Shown piece after piece: positions 1 through 8,752 of a DNA stretch of 62,255 bases. The position numbers and the translations under genes are program-made. How positions within the stretch are numbered: position 1 is the first letter of the stretch; the number at the start of each line of letters is the position of its first letter. The stretch covers positions 1-62,255 of the forward strand of contig CAMAPG010000001.1 of assembly GCA_945859965.1 (NCBI GenBank), written 5' to 3'. Under the pieces are notes generated by a model that saw only the letters and a program-made list of their open reading frames with translations, was not told the origin of the DNA and ran no database searches. This stretch comes from Opitutus sp. GAS368 (GTDB taxonomy: Bacteria > Verrucomicrobiota > Verrucomicrobiia > Opitutales > Opitutaceae).

Positions 1-58
1 AATCCGAGGACTCTGGGTGGCGCTCAAGCGGCGATTACCGACCATACTAAACCGACGA

Positions 59-1560
59 CAGTCGCTCGCGCGGCTGCCAGCTGCAGGGCTTCGATCGGGT
101 AATCCACCGTTTGAAATGTTTTGCACGGGTTTGGGTGAAAAGGTTTGCGGGTTATGCGGCCATGTGCGGCTGGTTTGAGGTGGCTTCGAGGGTGGCTTCG
201 ATGGCGGCGATCGCGCCGTCCACCCGCGCGGGCCTGGGTTTGAGGCCGATGGCTTCGAGGGTGGTGCGCCCGGTGTTCAGCCGCCACAGATCAATGAAGA
301 GGAGCCGCACGCAGGCGATGCAGGCTTTCTTTTTACGCACGGAGCTGCCGCGTTTGTCGCGCAGGATGTCGCCGTGTTTTGCAAAGCCGCGCCACTGCGG
401 GTTCCAGCGCAGCATCCGCCAGATGGCTTCCACCAGTGCGCTGCGGATGCGGCGGTTGCCCTGCCGGTCTATGTTGCCGAGCACCTGGCCTTCGCCCGTG
501 CTGTGTTCGCTCGGGCTGCACCCGACGTAGCTGCCGGCTTGTTTGCGGTTTTTGAAGCGGTGCCAGTCCATCACTTCGCCGTCGAGCATCGCGACGGTGA
601 GCCCGCCCAAGCCGTGCGGCTGCTGCGCGGCGGGCTTGGGTGCGACGGCGGCGATTTGCTCGTCGAGCGCGAGGATTTGATCGTGAACAAACAGGGCGTG
701 CACGCGCATCTTTTCCAGCGCGTCGCGCAGCCATTCGTTCCCGCTCCGCGTGAGCACCTCCGCAAAGCGCGGCCACGTCTTCCTGCCCCACCAGCACTCC
801 GGCGCGGCTTCGATGCCGTGATCGTAAATGAGCCCGCGCCCCTGCCCTTCGATGCGCCCGCGATGCCCGATGAGTTGCGCGCGGTGCCGCGTGAGGAAGC
901 GCCGCTGCTGCTCCCCCGGCGAAGGCTCGCGCACGATGCGCCCGCTTTTTTCATCCCCATGCACCACGCGCCCGGCCACCAGCCGTGCAAGCGCCGCCGC
1001 GTCGCGTTGGTTGGTCTTTCGCTTTCCTGTCAGCGCCTCGGTCGCAAACGTGAACACCACCGCGCCCGCGTCGCGCAACTGCGCCTGGAACACCCACCCA
1101 AACCCGCACGCCTCCACGCCCGCCGCCACGCGCCACCCGCGCGCGAGGATCTCTTTGACCAGCACCACAACGTCCGCCCGGCAAAGCGTGATCGTCCCCG
1201 CCACACTCTCCGCGCCGATCTGGATGGCGAGGCACGCGCCCGCCTTTTCCAAGTCGCCGCCGATGCAGATCGGCGCGCGCTGCGCAGGATCGGGGTGGAG
1301 TTTTTCCAGCACGCCGAGCCGCCGCAAAAGCGAAGGCATCCGCTCGATGACGATGGCGTGTGGGGTTTGGGTGAATGGTTTGAGTTGGTATGTTTTCATG
1401 GTTGAAGTGCTTTCCTTTTTCTGTTCCCCTCCCGCACAGCAATGTTCTCTTCCCTTCCATTCATGCCTCTAACGGCTCCGGGCGTCACAGCCTGTGCTCC
1501 TGCCCGCAGACCTGCCCCCGCCGCCTTTCCGCACAGGCTGCGCCGCCCTCCGCAGTCGCT
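59..1560 (-). mobile_element. IS110-family insertion sequence (ends tentative)
   Basis: The transposase gene is flanked by ~90 nt (3' side) and ~160 nt (5' side) of non-coding DNA. An 8-nt direct repeat CAGTCGCT at 59-66 and 1553-1560 brackets a ~1.49-kb segment of typical IS110 size. IS110 elements lack classical terminal inverted repeats, so the ends cannot be fixed from one copy. Confidence 0.35.
152..1399 (-). CDS. IS110 family transposase (DEDD RuvC-like N-domain + Transposase_20 C-domain)
   Basis: 415-aa ORF. ICIGGDLEK, VEACGFGW and KTNQRDAAALARL match the DEDD_Tnp_IS110 domain. YVGCSPSEHSTGEGQVLGNIDRQGNRRIRSALVEAIW matches the Transposase_20 region. Recognised from memory; no search run. 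Confidence 0.9.
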   Translation of the reverse strand: MKTYQLKPFTQTPHAIVIERMPSLLRRLGVLEKLHPDPAQRAPICIGGDLEKAGACLAIQIGAESVAGTITLCRADVVVLVKEILARGWRVAAGVEACGFGWVFQAQLRDAGAVVFTFATEALTGKRKTNQRDAAALARLVAGRVVHGDEKSGRIVREPSPGEQQRRFLTRHRAQLIGHRGRIEGQGRGLIYDHGIEAAPECWWGRKTWPRFAEVLTRSGNEWLRDALEKMRVHALFVHDQILALDEQIAAVAPKPAAQQPHGLGGLTVAMLDGEVMDWHRFKNRKQAGSYVGCSPSEHSTGEGQVLGNIDRQGNRRIRSALVEAIWRMLRWNPQWRGFAKHGDILRDKRGSSVRKKKACIACVRLLFIDLWRLNTGRTTLEAIGLKPRPARVDGAIAAIEATLEATSNQPHMAA

Positions 1561-1594
1561 GAGCTTGGGGTCGTTAGGCGTTTCCTAGCGCCCC

Positions 1595-2281
1595 GTGCAA
1601 ACCACTCGTGAAATCTACCTCGATGCCTGCGCCCAAATCGGTTCGGCTCTCGCACCTCGCGGCTTCAAATACGCAAAGAGTGGCCCGCACGCCAAACGCC
1701 GTCACGACGACTTTAGTTTCGAGATTCATTTCCAGTCGAGCGTCTATAACTCCGCCGGCGCGAACGTCGAACTGTGGATTCACACTATCGTCCGCTCCAA
1801 GCGCCTTTCCGCGTGGCGTGCCGCTCAGCCGCATCACGTTCGCGCCGACGATTGGGTTGCGGGCGGCCAGATTGGCAACCTGCGAACACCGCACCACTGG
1901 CTCGACATCAACCTCGCTGACGCTGCTTCTCGTCCGGCCACCATTTCGAGCGCCATTGCAGCAGTTGAGGCTTTCGGTCTGCCATTCTTTGCGGCGTTCG
2001 AGGACGTGCCAGCACTCTGCGAGCGGTTGGTCACGACCGAGTTCCTCGGCATGGAGAGTGCGCTTGCCTTGGAGTTCCTTCTTTGTTTCGGCACTACATC
2101 AGCAGCCGAGGCAGCTCTCCACAGATTCTTTGCAGCTCGTCCTGATTTGCTGTCGCAGTATCACACCGACTTGGAGCGGTTCCGACGCGAGGGGCTACCT
2201 CAGAGACCGCGCAGCGGCTACGCTCCACAACTCGCCTTTGCTACCATCGCCTACAAACTCCAATCACCCGGAAACGCCTAA
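1595..2281 (+). CDS. hypothetical protein, DUF4304-like
   Basis: 228-aa ORF with a GTG start and GC-rich third codon positions like neighbouring genes. The N-terminal GFKYAKSGPHAKRRHDDFSFEIHFQSS pattern weakly resembles DUF4304 proteins (from memory). No catalytic motifs seen. Confidence 0.6.
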   Translation: MQTTREIYLDACAQIGSALAPRGFKYAKSGPHAKRRHDDFSFEIHFQSSVYNSAGANVELWIHTIVRSKRLSAWRAAQPHHVRADDWVAGGQIGNLRTPHHWLDINLADAASRPATISSAIAAVEAFGLPFFAAFEDVPALCERLVTTEFLGMESALALEFLLCFGTTSAAEAALHRFFAARPDLLSQYHTDLERFRREGLPQRPRSGYAPQLAFATIAYKLQSPGNA

Positions 2282-2661
2282 ACATTTCTGATGGCATCCG
2301 CGCGAAGCCGCGGTGTCATCACGGTTGAACCAGTCCGGTGATTCAGAGGGGAGGTGAGAGGCGGAGGGGGCTAGGGCGCTTGCGTCCGGGGGTGGCGGCG
2401 GTGCTGTAAATTGCTTTTGCCCGTTGTCTCACGGTGATGCTTTTGCGGGCTTGCGGGCGCTGGCGTTTGGCGGCGCATCGCCGCTCTGCGTGGTTGGATC
2501 GGCGGCGCGGTGATGGCTTTTCGGCGGCGGACGCGTTGTGGGGTGCTTCGCGGATGCCCTTGGGCGCTTGTTTTTTGGCCCGCGTGCAGGCGGAGGCGCG
2601 GCGCTGCATGGCGGCGGCGGCGGGTGGTGGCGGGCGGGTGGTTTGCGGCGCGCTGCATGGT

Positions 2662-2910
2662 TTATGGAGGCCGTTCCTCGAGCAGGTGTCCGACGCCGAA
2701 GTGCTCGATCAGGGCGCGAGGGACAGACAAATTATTCCCACTCGCAGTTCCGCCCGCCTTCTTGAGCTTCGCAGCGACCTTCTCCAACGCGTGCAGGTCG
2801 TTGGCGATCGTGCCGTAAAGGCGCGCTTCGCCACCCCCTCCCTCGGCGATGGCGGCGGTGATGTTTTCCGCGTGGACGTCGAGGCCCGCGAAGAGTAGCG
2901 GTTTTTTCAT
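2662..2910 (-). pseudogene. truncated IS110-family transposase (N-terminal ~55 aa of the DEDD domain only)
   Basis: MKKPLLFAGLDVHAENITAAIAEGGGGEARLYGTIANDLHALEKVAAKLKKAGG reproduces the start of IS110 transposases (GxDVH catalytic Asp). The frame ends after ~82 aa and no Transposase_20 part follows. It belongs to a different subfamily from the copy at 152-1399. Confidence 0.6.
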
Positions 2911-3132
2911 GGTGTGCTTGTTGTCTGTTGGTTTCATTCTTGGTGACACCGCTCCGGCGCTGACCCCACCATTGCGGCAAGGCACGGTTTATCCCGCGCA
3001 ACCCGCGACTTCGCCACTCCTTCAAGCACACCACTTTCCTTTTCAGAAAACGCTGCGCTCACGGGGAGGGAAGCCATAAAGGCTAGGCGCTTCTGAGCTT
3101 TTCCCCAAATCGGCAAGAGGTATTCTCCCTCC

Positions 3133-3366
3133 ATGATTCTCGAAACCATTCCGGACGTGAACCGAATGACGCCAGCCGAGAAGCTTCTTCTCGTCAGCGA
3201 GCTTTGGGACGATTTAGCCGCTCACCCGACCGAAGTTCCTGTGTCCCGCGAGCAGATTGCCGAGCTTGACCGCCGTATGGAGGCGTATCGCCGCGACCCG
3301 AGCCAGGTGACATCTTGGGAGGCCATTCAGCAGCGCATCCTTGGCAGGACTCTCAGCGGTGAGTGA
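3133..3366 (+). CDS. type II antitoxin, putative addiction module component (TIGR02574 / Unstab_antitox-like)
   Basis: 77-aa ORF. MTPAEKLLLVSELWDDL ... SWEAIQQRI is the characteristic pattern of this antitoxin family. Its stop overlaps the GTG of the downstream ParE-like frame by 8 nt. Confidence 0.8.
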   Translation: MILETIPDVNRMTPAEKLLLVSELWDDLAAHPTEVPVSREQIAELDRRMEAYRRDPSQVTSWEAIQQRILGRTLSGE

Positions 3367-3682
3367 GCTTGTTTTCCCATTCTCCGCCGATGCCGACATC
3401 CAGACCGCTTTCGAGTTTTACGAGGCGTATCAGGCCTGACGGGGCGAGGTTTTCATGCGCCACTTGGACGCGGGCTTCGGACGTCTCCGCACTTTTCCGG
3501 AGATTGCACCGATTTTCCATGAGACTCACCGGCGCTTGCTTGTTCACGGATTCCCATGCGGCATTTTTTACACGGTCGAGGGACGCCGCATCATCATCTC
3601 TGGCGTTATGGATCTCCGCCAAGACCCCGAGATTATCCGCCGAAGACTTGGCGGACGAAGCGCCTCTCAAATAACAGACTGA
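3359..3682 (+). pseudogene. ParE/RelE-family toxin interrupted by an in-frame TGA (3437-3439)
   Basis: A single frame reads VSELVFPFSADADIQTAFEFYEAYQA, then TGA, then RGEVFMRHLDAGFGRLRTFPEIAPIFHETHRRLLVHGFPCGIFYTVEGRRIIISGVMDLRQDP. This is a full-length ParE-like toxin with one nonsense codon where homologues read YE.Q.PGLG..F. Only 3455-3682 (75 aa) remains open. Confidence 0.75.
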
Positions 3683-4051
3683 GATCTGTTTCTCTGGGGA
3701 GCCAATTGAAAGTGGGAACACAAAAAGGCCGTCCCGCGTTTTCTTCAAAAAAACACGGCGGTCTTGGGGGAAGCTTCGCTTTGTAGTGGAAGCAGAAGCG
3801 CCCGGAGCGGCGAACAAGATGAGTCAATCTCTCAAACAGGGTCAGCGAGCACCTTTCGACACTCGGGCTTCGGAACTGTTTCCTTTCGTGTCGCTTCGTG
3901 TCTTTCGTGGATACATCATGCACGTTTTTTTGGGTAACGGTCGCGGTTTCGTGGGCAATCCTTTCCGCGTGGCGGTGACGCTAACAGTGCTGGCTTTCGT
4001 CTGTCTTCGGCTGGCCGCGTTACGGAGGTGCGGGCAGGGGAGGGGTGCTGG

Positions 4052-5173
4052 TCAGTTGAGCAACTGATACCAGTTGTTTCTCCGGCGGGGTTCGTAGCCG
4101 GCCTGGGTGATGAGGCGTTCGATCATTTCGCCGCTGAGCCGGAAGGTGGTGCCTGCGCTGGAGACGACGTTTTCCTCCATCATCACGCTGCCGAAGTCGT
4201 TTGCGCCGTATTCGAGGGCGATCTGGCCGATGCGCGGGCCCTGGGTGACCCAGGAGCTTTGGATGTTTTCGATGTTATCGAGAAAGATGCGGGAGAGCGC
4301 CTGCATGCGGAGGTATTCGCTGCTGCCGACGGGCTCGGCGCGGAGGCGCGTGTGGCCGGCGGCGGTGGCTTCGTTTTTGATGTCCTGGAACGTCCAGCAG
4401 ATGAATGCGGTGAAGCCGCCGGTCTCGTCCTGCAACTCGCGGAGGCGCTGGAGGTGCTCGATGCGGTCGTCAACAGTCTCGACGTGGCCGAACATCATGG
4501 TGCTGGTGGAGCGGAGGCCGAGGTCGTGGGCGACGCGCATGACTTCGAGCCATTGGCTGGTCTTGCACTTGAGCGGGGCGATGCGGTCGCGAACGGCGTC
4601 CACGAGGATCTCGCCGCCGCCGCCGGGGATGCTGCCGAGGCCGGCGGCGATGAATTTTTCGAGCACTTCGCGGAGCGGCATGCGGAAGGTGGCGGCGAAG
4701 TGCTGGAACTCGGGGGGGCTGAAGCCGTGGATGTTGATTTGGGGGTATTTCGCGCGGATGTGGGCGAGCATCGTGAGGTAGTGGTCAATGCCGAGGCCCG
4801 GATGGTGGCCGCCCTGGAGGAGGATTTGCACGCCGCCGATGGCGGTGAGTTCGTCGAGCTTTTGATCGAGCTGGTCGAGGCTGAGGACGTAGTGGTCGGC
4901 GTCTTTTTCGGTGCGGTAGAAAGCGCAGAATTTGCAATAGACGTTGCAGACGTTCGTGTAGTTGATGTTGCGGTCCACGATGTAGGTGACGATGTCGTTG
5001 CCGCGTCCGTCGAAGGCCGGGGCCTTGATGTGGCGGCGGCGGGCGCTGGCGAGTTCGCCGAGTTCCTGGAGGGGAAGGTGGTAGAGGGCGTGCGCGTCTG
5101 CGGCGCTGATGCGTTCCCCGGCGAGGACTTTTTCCGCTGCGCTTTCGGCGGTGGTGGCGGTGCTCATTGGCAT
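4052..5173 (-). CDS. mqnC: radical SAM enzyme of the futalosine menaquinone pathway (MqnC/MqnE family; probably cyclic dehypoxanthinyl futalosine synthase)
   Basis: 373 aa. CNVYCKFC (CxxxCxxC) sits in an IVDRNINYTNVC context. The blocks QGGHHP, PGGGGEIL, TSTMMFGHVET, TGGFTAFICW, SWVTQG and GANDFGSVMMEENVVSSAG are typical of this family. The choice of MqnC over MqnE is from memory and not verified. Confidence 0.8.
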   Translation of the reverse strand: MPMSTATTAESAAEKVLAGERISAADAHALYHLPLQELGELASARRRHIKAPAFDGRGNDIVTYIVDRNINYTNVCNVYCKFCAFYRTEKDADHYVLSLDQLDQKLDELTAIGGVQILLQGGHHPGLGIDHYLTMLAHIRAKYPQINIHGFSPPEFQHFAATFRMPLREVLEKFIAAGLGSIPGGGGEILVDAVRDRIAPLKCKTSQWLEVMRVAHDLGLRSTSTMMFGHVETVDDRIEHLQRLRELQDETGGFTAFICWTFQDIKNEATAAGHTRLRAEPVGSSEYLRMQALSRIFLDNIENIQSSWVTQGPRIGQIALEYGANDFGSVMMEENVVSSAGTTFRLSGEMIERLITQAGYEPRRRNNWYQLLN

Positions 5174-5212
5174 CGAGTTAAGCGGGGCGCATGGGGTGCG
5201 TCGAGCGATGCG

Positions 5213-6094
5213 TCAGTGTTTCGGGGCGCGGACGGTGCCCTCCTCGACGTCGCGCTGGCGGCGGGCGACGATACGGTCGGCGGTCTCGGCGACCATCTGC
5301 TCGATGAGGAGGCGGAGGTGGCTGCCGGCGCGGAAGTCAGCCGGGGCGATGTGGCGGACGCGGTCGGCGGCGCCGACGAGCTGGTAGCATTTGCGGAAGC
5401 TGTTTCGCGTGGGGTCGCCGGGATTGTACACCGCGATGGCATGGCCGCCGTACTGGCGCACGACGGTGAAGCACGGCACGTCGGTGGGGCCGTCGCCGAT
5501 GTAGATCATGTGATCGAACGGCACGGGGCGCAGTTCCGTGGGCATGTGGTCATTCACGTCCTGCGTGTAATCGAGGAGGCCCTTGTTGATGCGGAAAAGG
5601 AACTGCGTCTTCTGCGTGTGGCTGATGACGCGCTTTGGAAATGTGATCTGCCCGTTGCGATCCTCCGCGAATTCGCATCCGAAGACCGCCTTCACATGGG
5701 ATGCGAGCGCGGAGCCGTCAATGAGCGCCTTCAGCCCGGAGCTGATGATGTAGTGCTCCACGCGGACGCCGATGGCCTCATGCTCGGGACGCAGCAGGCA
5801 ACGGCGGAACTCGTCGAACATTTCCGGGAGGCCGGGGTAGAATTTCAAGCCGGCGCCAAGTTCGCGGAGACGCGCATTGGTGGGGCGATCCATGCCGAGA
5901 TAGTCGAGCAGCGCCTTGAGATAGGCGAGTTCGTTGTCGTAGCCATCCTCGCGGACGAGCGCCTGGCAGCGCTGCCAGAATTTTGCGGAATCAATCCCAA
6001 ACGCGGGGAAGAGGACCTCGTCCTGCATGTAGTTTGGCGAGAGGGTCTGATCGTAGTCATAGACGATCGCGATGGTGTTTTGCGGCACTGCCAT
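5213..6094 (-). CDS. HAD-superfamily hydrolase
   Basis: 293 aa. HAD motif I is VYDYDQTL (DxDxT) and the motif IV-like block is [11 protein letters not shown]. The substrate cannot be inferred. Confidence 0.75.
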   Translation of the reverse strand: MAVPQNTIAIVYDYDQTLSPNYMQDEVLFPAFGIDSAKFWQRCQALVREDGYDNELAYLKALLDYLGMDRPTNARLRELGAGLKFYPGLPEMFDEFRRCLLRPEHEAIGVRVEHYIISSGLKALIDGSALASHVKAVFGCEFAEDRNGQITFPKRVISHTQKTQFLFRINKGLLDYTQDVNDHMPTELRPVPFDHMIYIGDGPTDVPCFTVVRQYGGHAIAVYNPGDPTRNSFRKCYQLVGAADRVRHIAPADFRAGSHLRLLIEQMVAETADRIVARRQRDVEEGTVRAPKH

Positions 6095-6121
6095 GCGCGC
6101 GTGTCTAGCGGATCGGCGCGG

Positions 6122-7000
6122 TTACGCGAGCGTGTCTTTTAGAGCCGGCCCGAGCTCGGGAAAAAGAAACCCGAAGCCGTGCGCCGTGGCGGTCGCGGGC
6201 ACGATGCGTTTGCTGTCGAGAAGCTCGCGGGCAAATTTTCCGAACATCATGCGGAGCACGAAGGCCGGGATGCGCCACGGCGCCGGTCGGCGGACGGCGG
6301 AGGCGAGCGCACGCGTAAATGCGGCATTCTGTACCGGCCACGGGGCAACGGCGTTGAGCGGGCCGCGGATGTCCAGATTGCCGAGTGCGAAAAGCAGCAG
6401 CCTCGCAAGATCCGCGGCGTGAATCCACGGCATCCACTGGTTCCCATCGCCGAGCTGTGCGCCGAGGCAGCATCGAAATGCGCGGGCCATGAGCGGGAGC
6501 GCGCCGCCGCCGCTGCCGAGGACAAGGCCGATGCGCGGAAGCACGACGCGGCAGGGGAGGCCGGCGGTTTCGCCCTCCCAATCACGGCAGGTCTGCCCGA
6601 GAAAACCCGTGCCGCCGGGAAACGATTCGGTGATCTCGGAGTCGCCTCCATCGCCGTAAAAACCGGCGGCACTCGCGGAGATGAGCACTTCGGGAGGCGG
6701 GTCCATCGCGCGGATGGCCTCGGCGACACGGCGCGTTCCGAGGATTCGGCTGTCGCGGACGCGCTGCATTTTCCGGCGCGTCCAGAGCCCCGCCACATTC
6801 TCCCCGGCGAGATGGATGATGGCTGCGCAGCCGCTGAAATCCGGCGGTTCACCGAGCGCGAAGCGGCGCGTGGCGATGCAGCCGGGGACGATGCGCCCCG
6901 CATCGCGCGAGAAGGCGATGATCTCGTATCCGTGCCGGACGGCGGCGCTGATGAAATGACCGCCGATGAATCCCGTGGCACCGGTGAGAGCGAGTTGCAT
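6122..7000 (-). CDS. TIGR01777-family (YfcH-like) NAD-dependent epimerase/dehydratase with DUF1731 tail
   Basis: 292 aa. Rossmann GATGFIGG lies at residues 7-14. The C-terminal PAFVLRMMFGKFARELLDSKRIVPATATAHGFGFLFPEL matches the DUF1731 region. Confidence 0.85.
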   Translation of the reverse strand: MQLALTGATGFIGGHFISAAVRHGYEIIAFSRDAGRIVPGCIATRRFALGEPPDFSGCAAIIHLAGENVAGLWTRRKMQRVRDSRILGTRRVAEAIRAMDPPPEVLISASAAGFYGDGGDSEITESFPGGTGFLGQTCRDWEGETAGLPCRVVLPRIGLVLGSGGGALPLMARAFRCCLGAQLGDGNQWMPWIHAADLARLLLFALGNLDIRGPLNAVAPWPVQNAAFTRALASAVRRPAPWRIPAFVLRMMFGKFARELLDSKRIVPATATAHGFGFLFPELGPALKDTLA

Positions 7001-7027
7001 GGAACCAGGGACGCGCCTGCCGACGCG

Positions 7028-7933
7028 CTAAAAGCGGCGGAACCAACTGTACGGGAATTCGTCGCCGGGGCAGTCGGTCGGCCAGCGTGGAGGATTGATT
7101 TCCTTGTGCGGACGGACGACGGCGCGCTGTCCGCCAACGCGCCCCACTTTTCTCCGCAGGTAATCAACCAGCTCCGCCGCGGCGCCGAGCTGGGCCTTCG
7201 TGGGTTCGTTGCGGTTGAAATCCCCGACGAAGCAAATGCCGACGGCGATGTTGTTGAGGAAATCGCTGTGGACGTGGCCGCCCTGAAGCTGCGCGTGCCA
7301 GCGGTTGCCAATTTCGATCTGGCCGTTCTTCGTGGAGGTGCCGTTGCCGATCACGAAGTGATACGCCATGCCGTTCGGCATTTTGCGGACGTAGCGGTGA
7401 TAGTGCTCAAACGCGCTCGCGCTTCCCTGGCCGGTGCCGCTGTTGTGGACGACGATGTAGCGCCAGCGCCCGCGTGTGACGCGCGCCCGGTCAATCGCAC
7501 GGCGGACGGATGGGGTGAGGTAGGTGTAGTTCGTGTTGTCACCGCCGAAGACCCTCGACCAGAAACCGGGGCTCGGCTCGGGGGCATCCTTTTCCTCATC
7601 CGCGGTGCCGATGCCGCTCTCGCGAACAACGATCGGCGCTTTCGGCCCTGGCTCAGGCGTGCGCGGTGGTGGCGGCTGGACGGTCCTCGGCTCGGGTGTC
7701 GGCGCGGCTTTTGGCTTGGGAGTGGCCTTCGGGACTGGCGGCGGCGTGTAAGGGATCGTGGTCATTTCCTCGCGCGCTTTCAGGAAAAGGCGCTTCTTTT
7801 CCTCCTCGGTGAGTTGCTGCTGCGCGGGCATCCGGTAGCCGGAAACGAAAAGGATGAGCAGGAAAGTGATCGGTCGGCGCACGGGGATGTGTGATAAGGG
7901 ATTGCCTTCCCGGCGGCAAGCGGACGCTCGCAT
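7028..7933 (-). CDS. N-acetylmuramoyl-L-alanine amidase (Amidase_2 / PGRP fold) with N-terminal membrane anchor and Pro-rich linker
   Basis: 301 aa. The anchor is ITFLLILFVSGY, followed by the linker PPPVPKATPKPKAAPTPEPRTVQPPPPRTPEP. The C-terminal YIVVHNSGT ... MAYHFVIGNG ... GICFVGDF ... PTDCPG matches Amidase_2. Confidence 0.8.
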   Translation of the reverse strand: MRASACRREGNPLSHIPVRRPITFLLILFVSGYRMPAQQQLTEEEKKRLFLKAREEMTTIPYTPPPVPKATPKPKAAPTPEPRTVQPPPPRTPEPGPKAPIVVRESGIGTADEEKDAPEPSPGFWSRVFGGDNTNYTYLTPSVRRAIDRARVTRGRWRYIVVHNSGTGQGSASAFEHYHRYVRKMPNGMAYHFVIGNGTSTKNGQIEIGNRWHAQLQGGHVHSDFLNNIAVGICFVGDFNRNEPTKAQLGAAAELVDYLRRKVGRVGGQRAVVRPHKEINPPRWPTDCPGDEFPYSWFRRF

Positions 7934-8005
7934 TTCCGTGGAAAACTTTGCGGGGCACGCTGCGAAGTCTTGGATGCCGGCCGCCCGGCTGCGTAGGGTG
8001 CGCGC

Positions 8006-8656
8006 GTGAATCTATCGCTGCCCGACAACCGCATCGCTGTGAAAATCTGCGGCCTCACGAATCGTGAGGATGCGCTCGCGGCGATTGATGCGGGGGCGGA
8101 CTTGCTGGGATTCAACACGTGGACGGGGACGAAGCGTCACATTGATCTCGGAAAAAACGCCGATTGGATTTCAGCGCTGCCGGTCCTGCGCGTCGCGCTG
8201 CTCGTCAATGAGCCGCTCGGCGAGGCCGCCCGCGTGGCGGCGCTGCCGTACGTGGATGCGCTCCAATTTCACGGGGACGAAGACGCGGAGTACTGCGCGG
8301 CCGCCTGCGTTTTCGGCAAGCCGATCATCAAGGCGATCCGTGCCGGTGAGTCCGCGGCGTTTGCAAATGCGGATCGTTTTTCCACCCGCCACATCCTGCT
8401 GGATGCACTCGTGCCGGGCGCATTCGGCGGCACAGGCACGCGGGTGCGATCGAGCCTGACGGCGGAGTTCCAGCGGAAATTCCCCGGCCTCACCCTCTGG
8501 CTCGCCGGCGGGCTGACGCCGGACAACGTCGCCGAAGTAACGCGCGACCCGCGGCCTGCGGTGGTGGATGTCTCCAGCGGGGTCGAGCGCGAGGCGGGGC
8601 GGAAGGATTTTGCAAAAATGCGTGCTTTCGTGACGAACGCACGCAGGGGCGGCTGA
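8006..8656 (+). CDS. trpF: phosphoribosylanthranilate isomerase
   Basis: 216 aa with a GTG start. VKICGLT, GADLLGF, LQFHGDE, LLDA..PGAFGGTG and LAGGLTPDNV are the PRAI signature blocks. Confidence 0.85.
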   Translation: MNLSLPDNRIAVKICGLTNREDALAAIDAGADLLGFNTWTGTKRHIDLGKNADWISALPVLRVALLVNEPLGEAARVAALPYVDALQFHGDEDAEYCAAACVFGKPIIKAIRAGESAAFANADRFSTRHILLDALVPGAFGGTGTRVRSSLTAEFQRKFPGLTLWLAGGLTPDNVAEVTRDPRPAVVDVSSGVEREAGRKDFAKMRAFVTNARRGG

Positions 8657-8752
8657 ACAGAGGGGTTGTTACTGCGCGGTTACGGGGATTCGCAAAATTG
8701 GGAGGGTGCGGAGGCGCTGGCCCGTATCGTGCTCAAACGCCTGCCCGAGTCC

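Noticed and set aside
3437-3439. In-frame TGA in the ParE-like toxin read as selenocysteine or a recoding signal
   Set aside because: No SECIS-like hairpin follows directly, toxins of this family are not selenoproteins, and the aligned position in homologues is Gly or Leu. A nonsense mutation or sequencing error is the simpler explanation.
4028-6142. 704-aa plus-strand ORF spanning the MqnC-like and HAD genes
   Set aside because: It is antisense to two ORFs that have clear family motifs. Its translation is Ala/Gly/Val/Asp/Glu-rich with no recognisable domain, as expected for the reverse frame of high-GC genes. The same applies to 6179-7894 (+), 374-1405 (+) and 9623-10651 (-).
8666-8752. TTG start at 8666 for the secretin, and similar long N-terminal extensions for the MFS (to 12844), Fur (10574), PSD1 (33335), PVC heme protein (46665) and GT2 (52330) ORFs
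   Set aside because: In each case an internal ATG immediately precedes a signal peptide or the first conserved family block, and the extension is compositionally non-protein-like.
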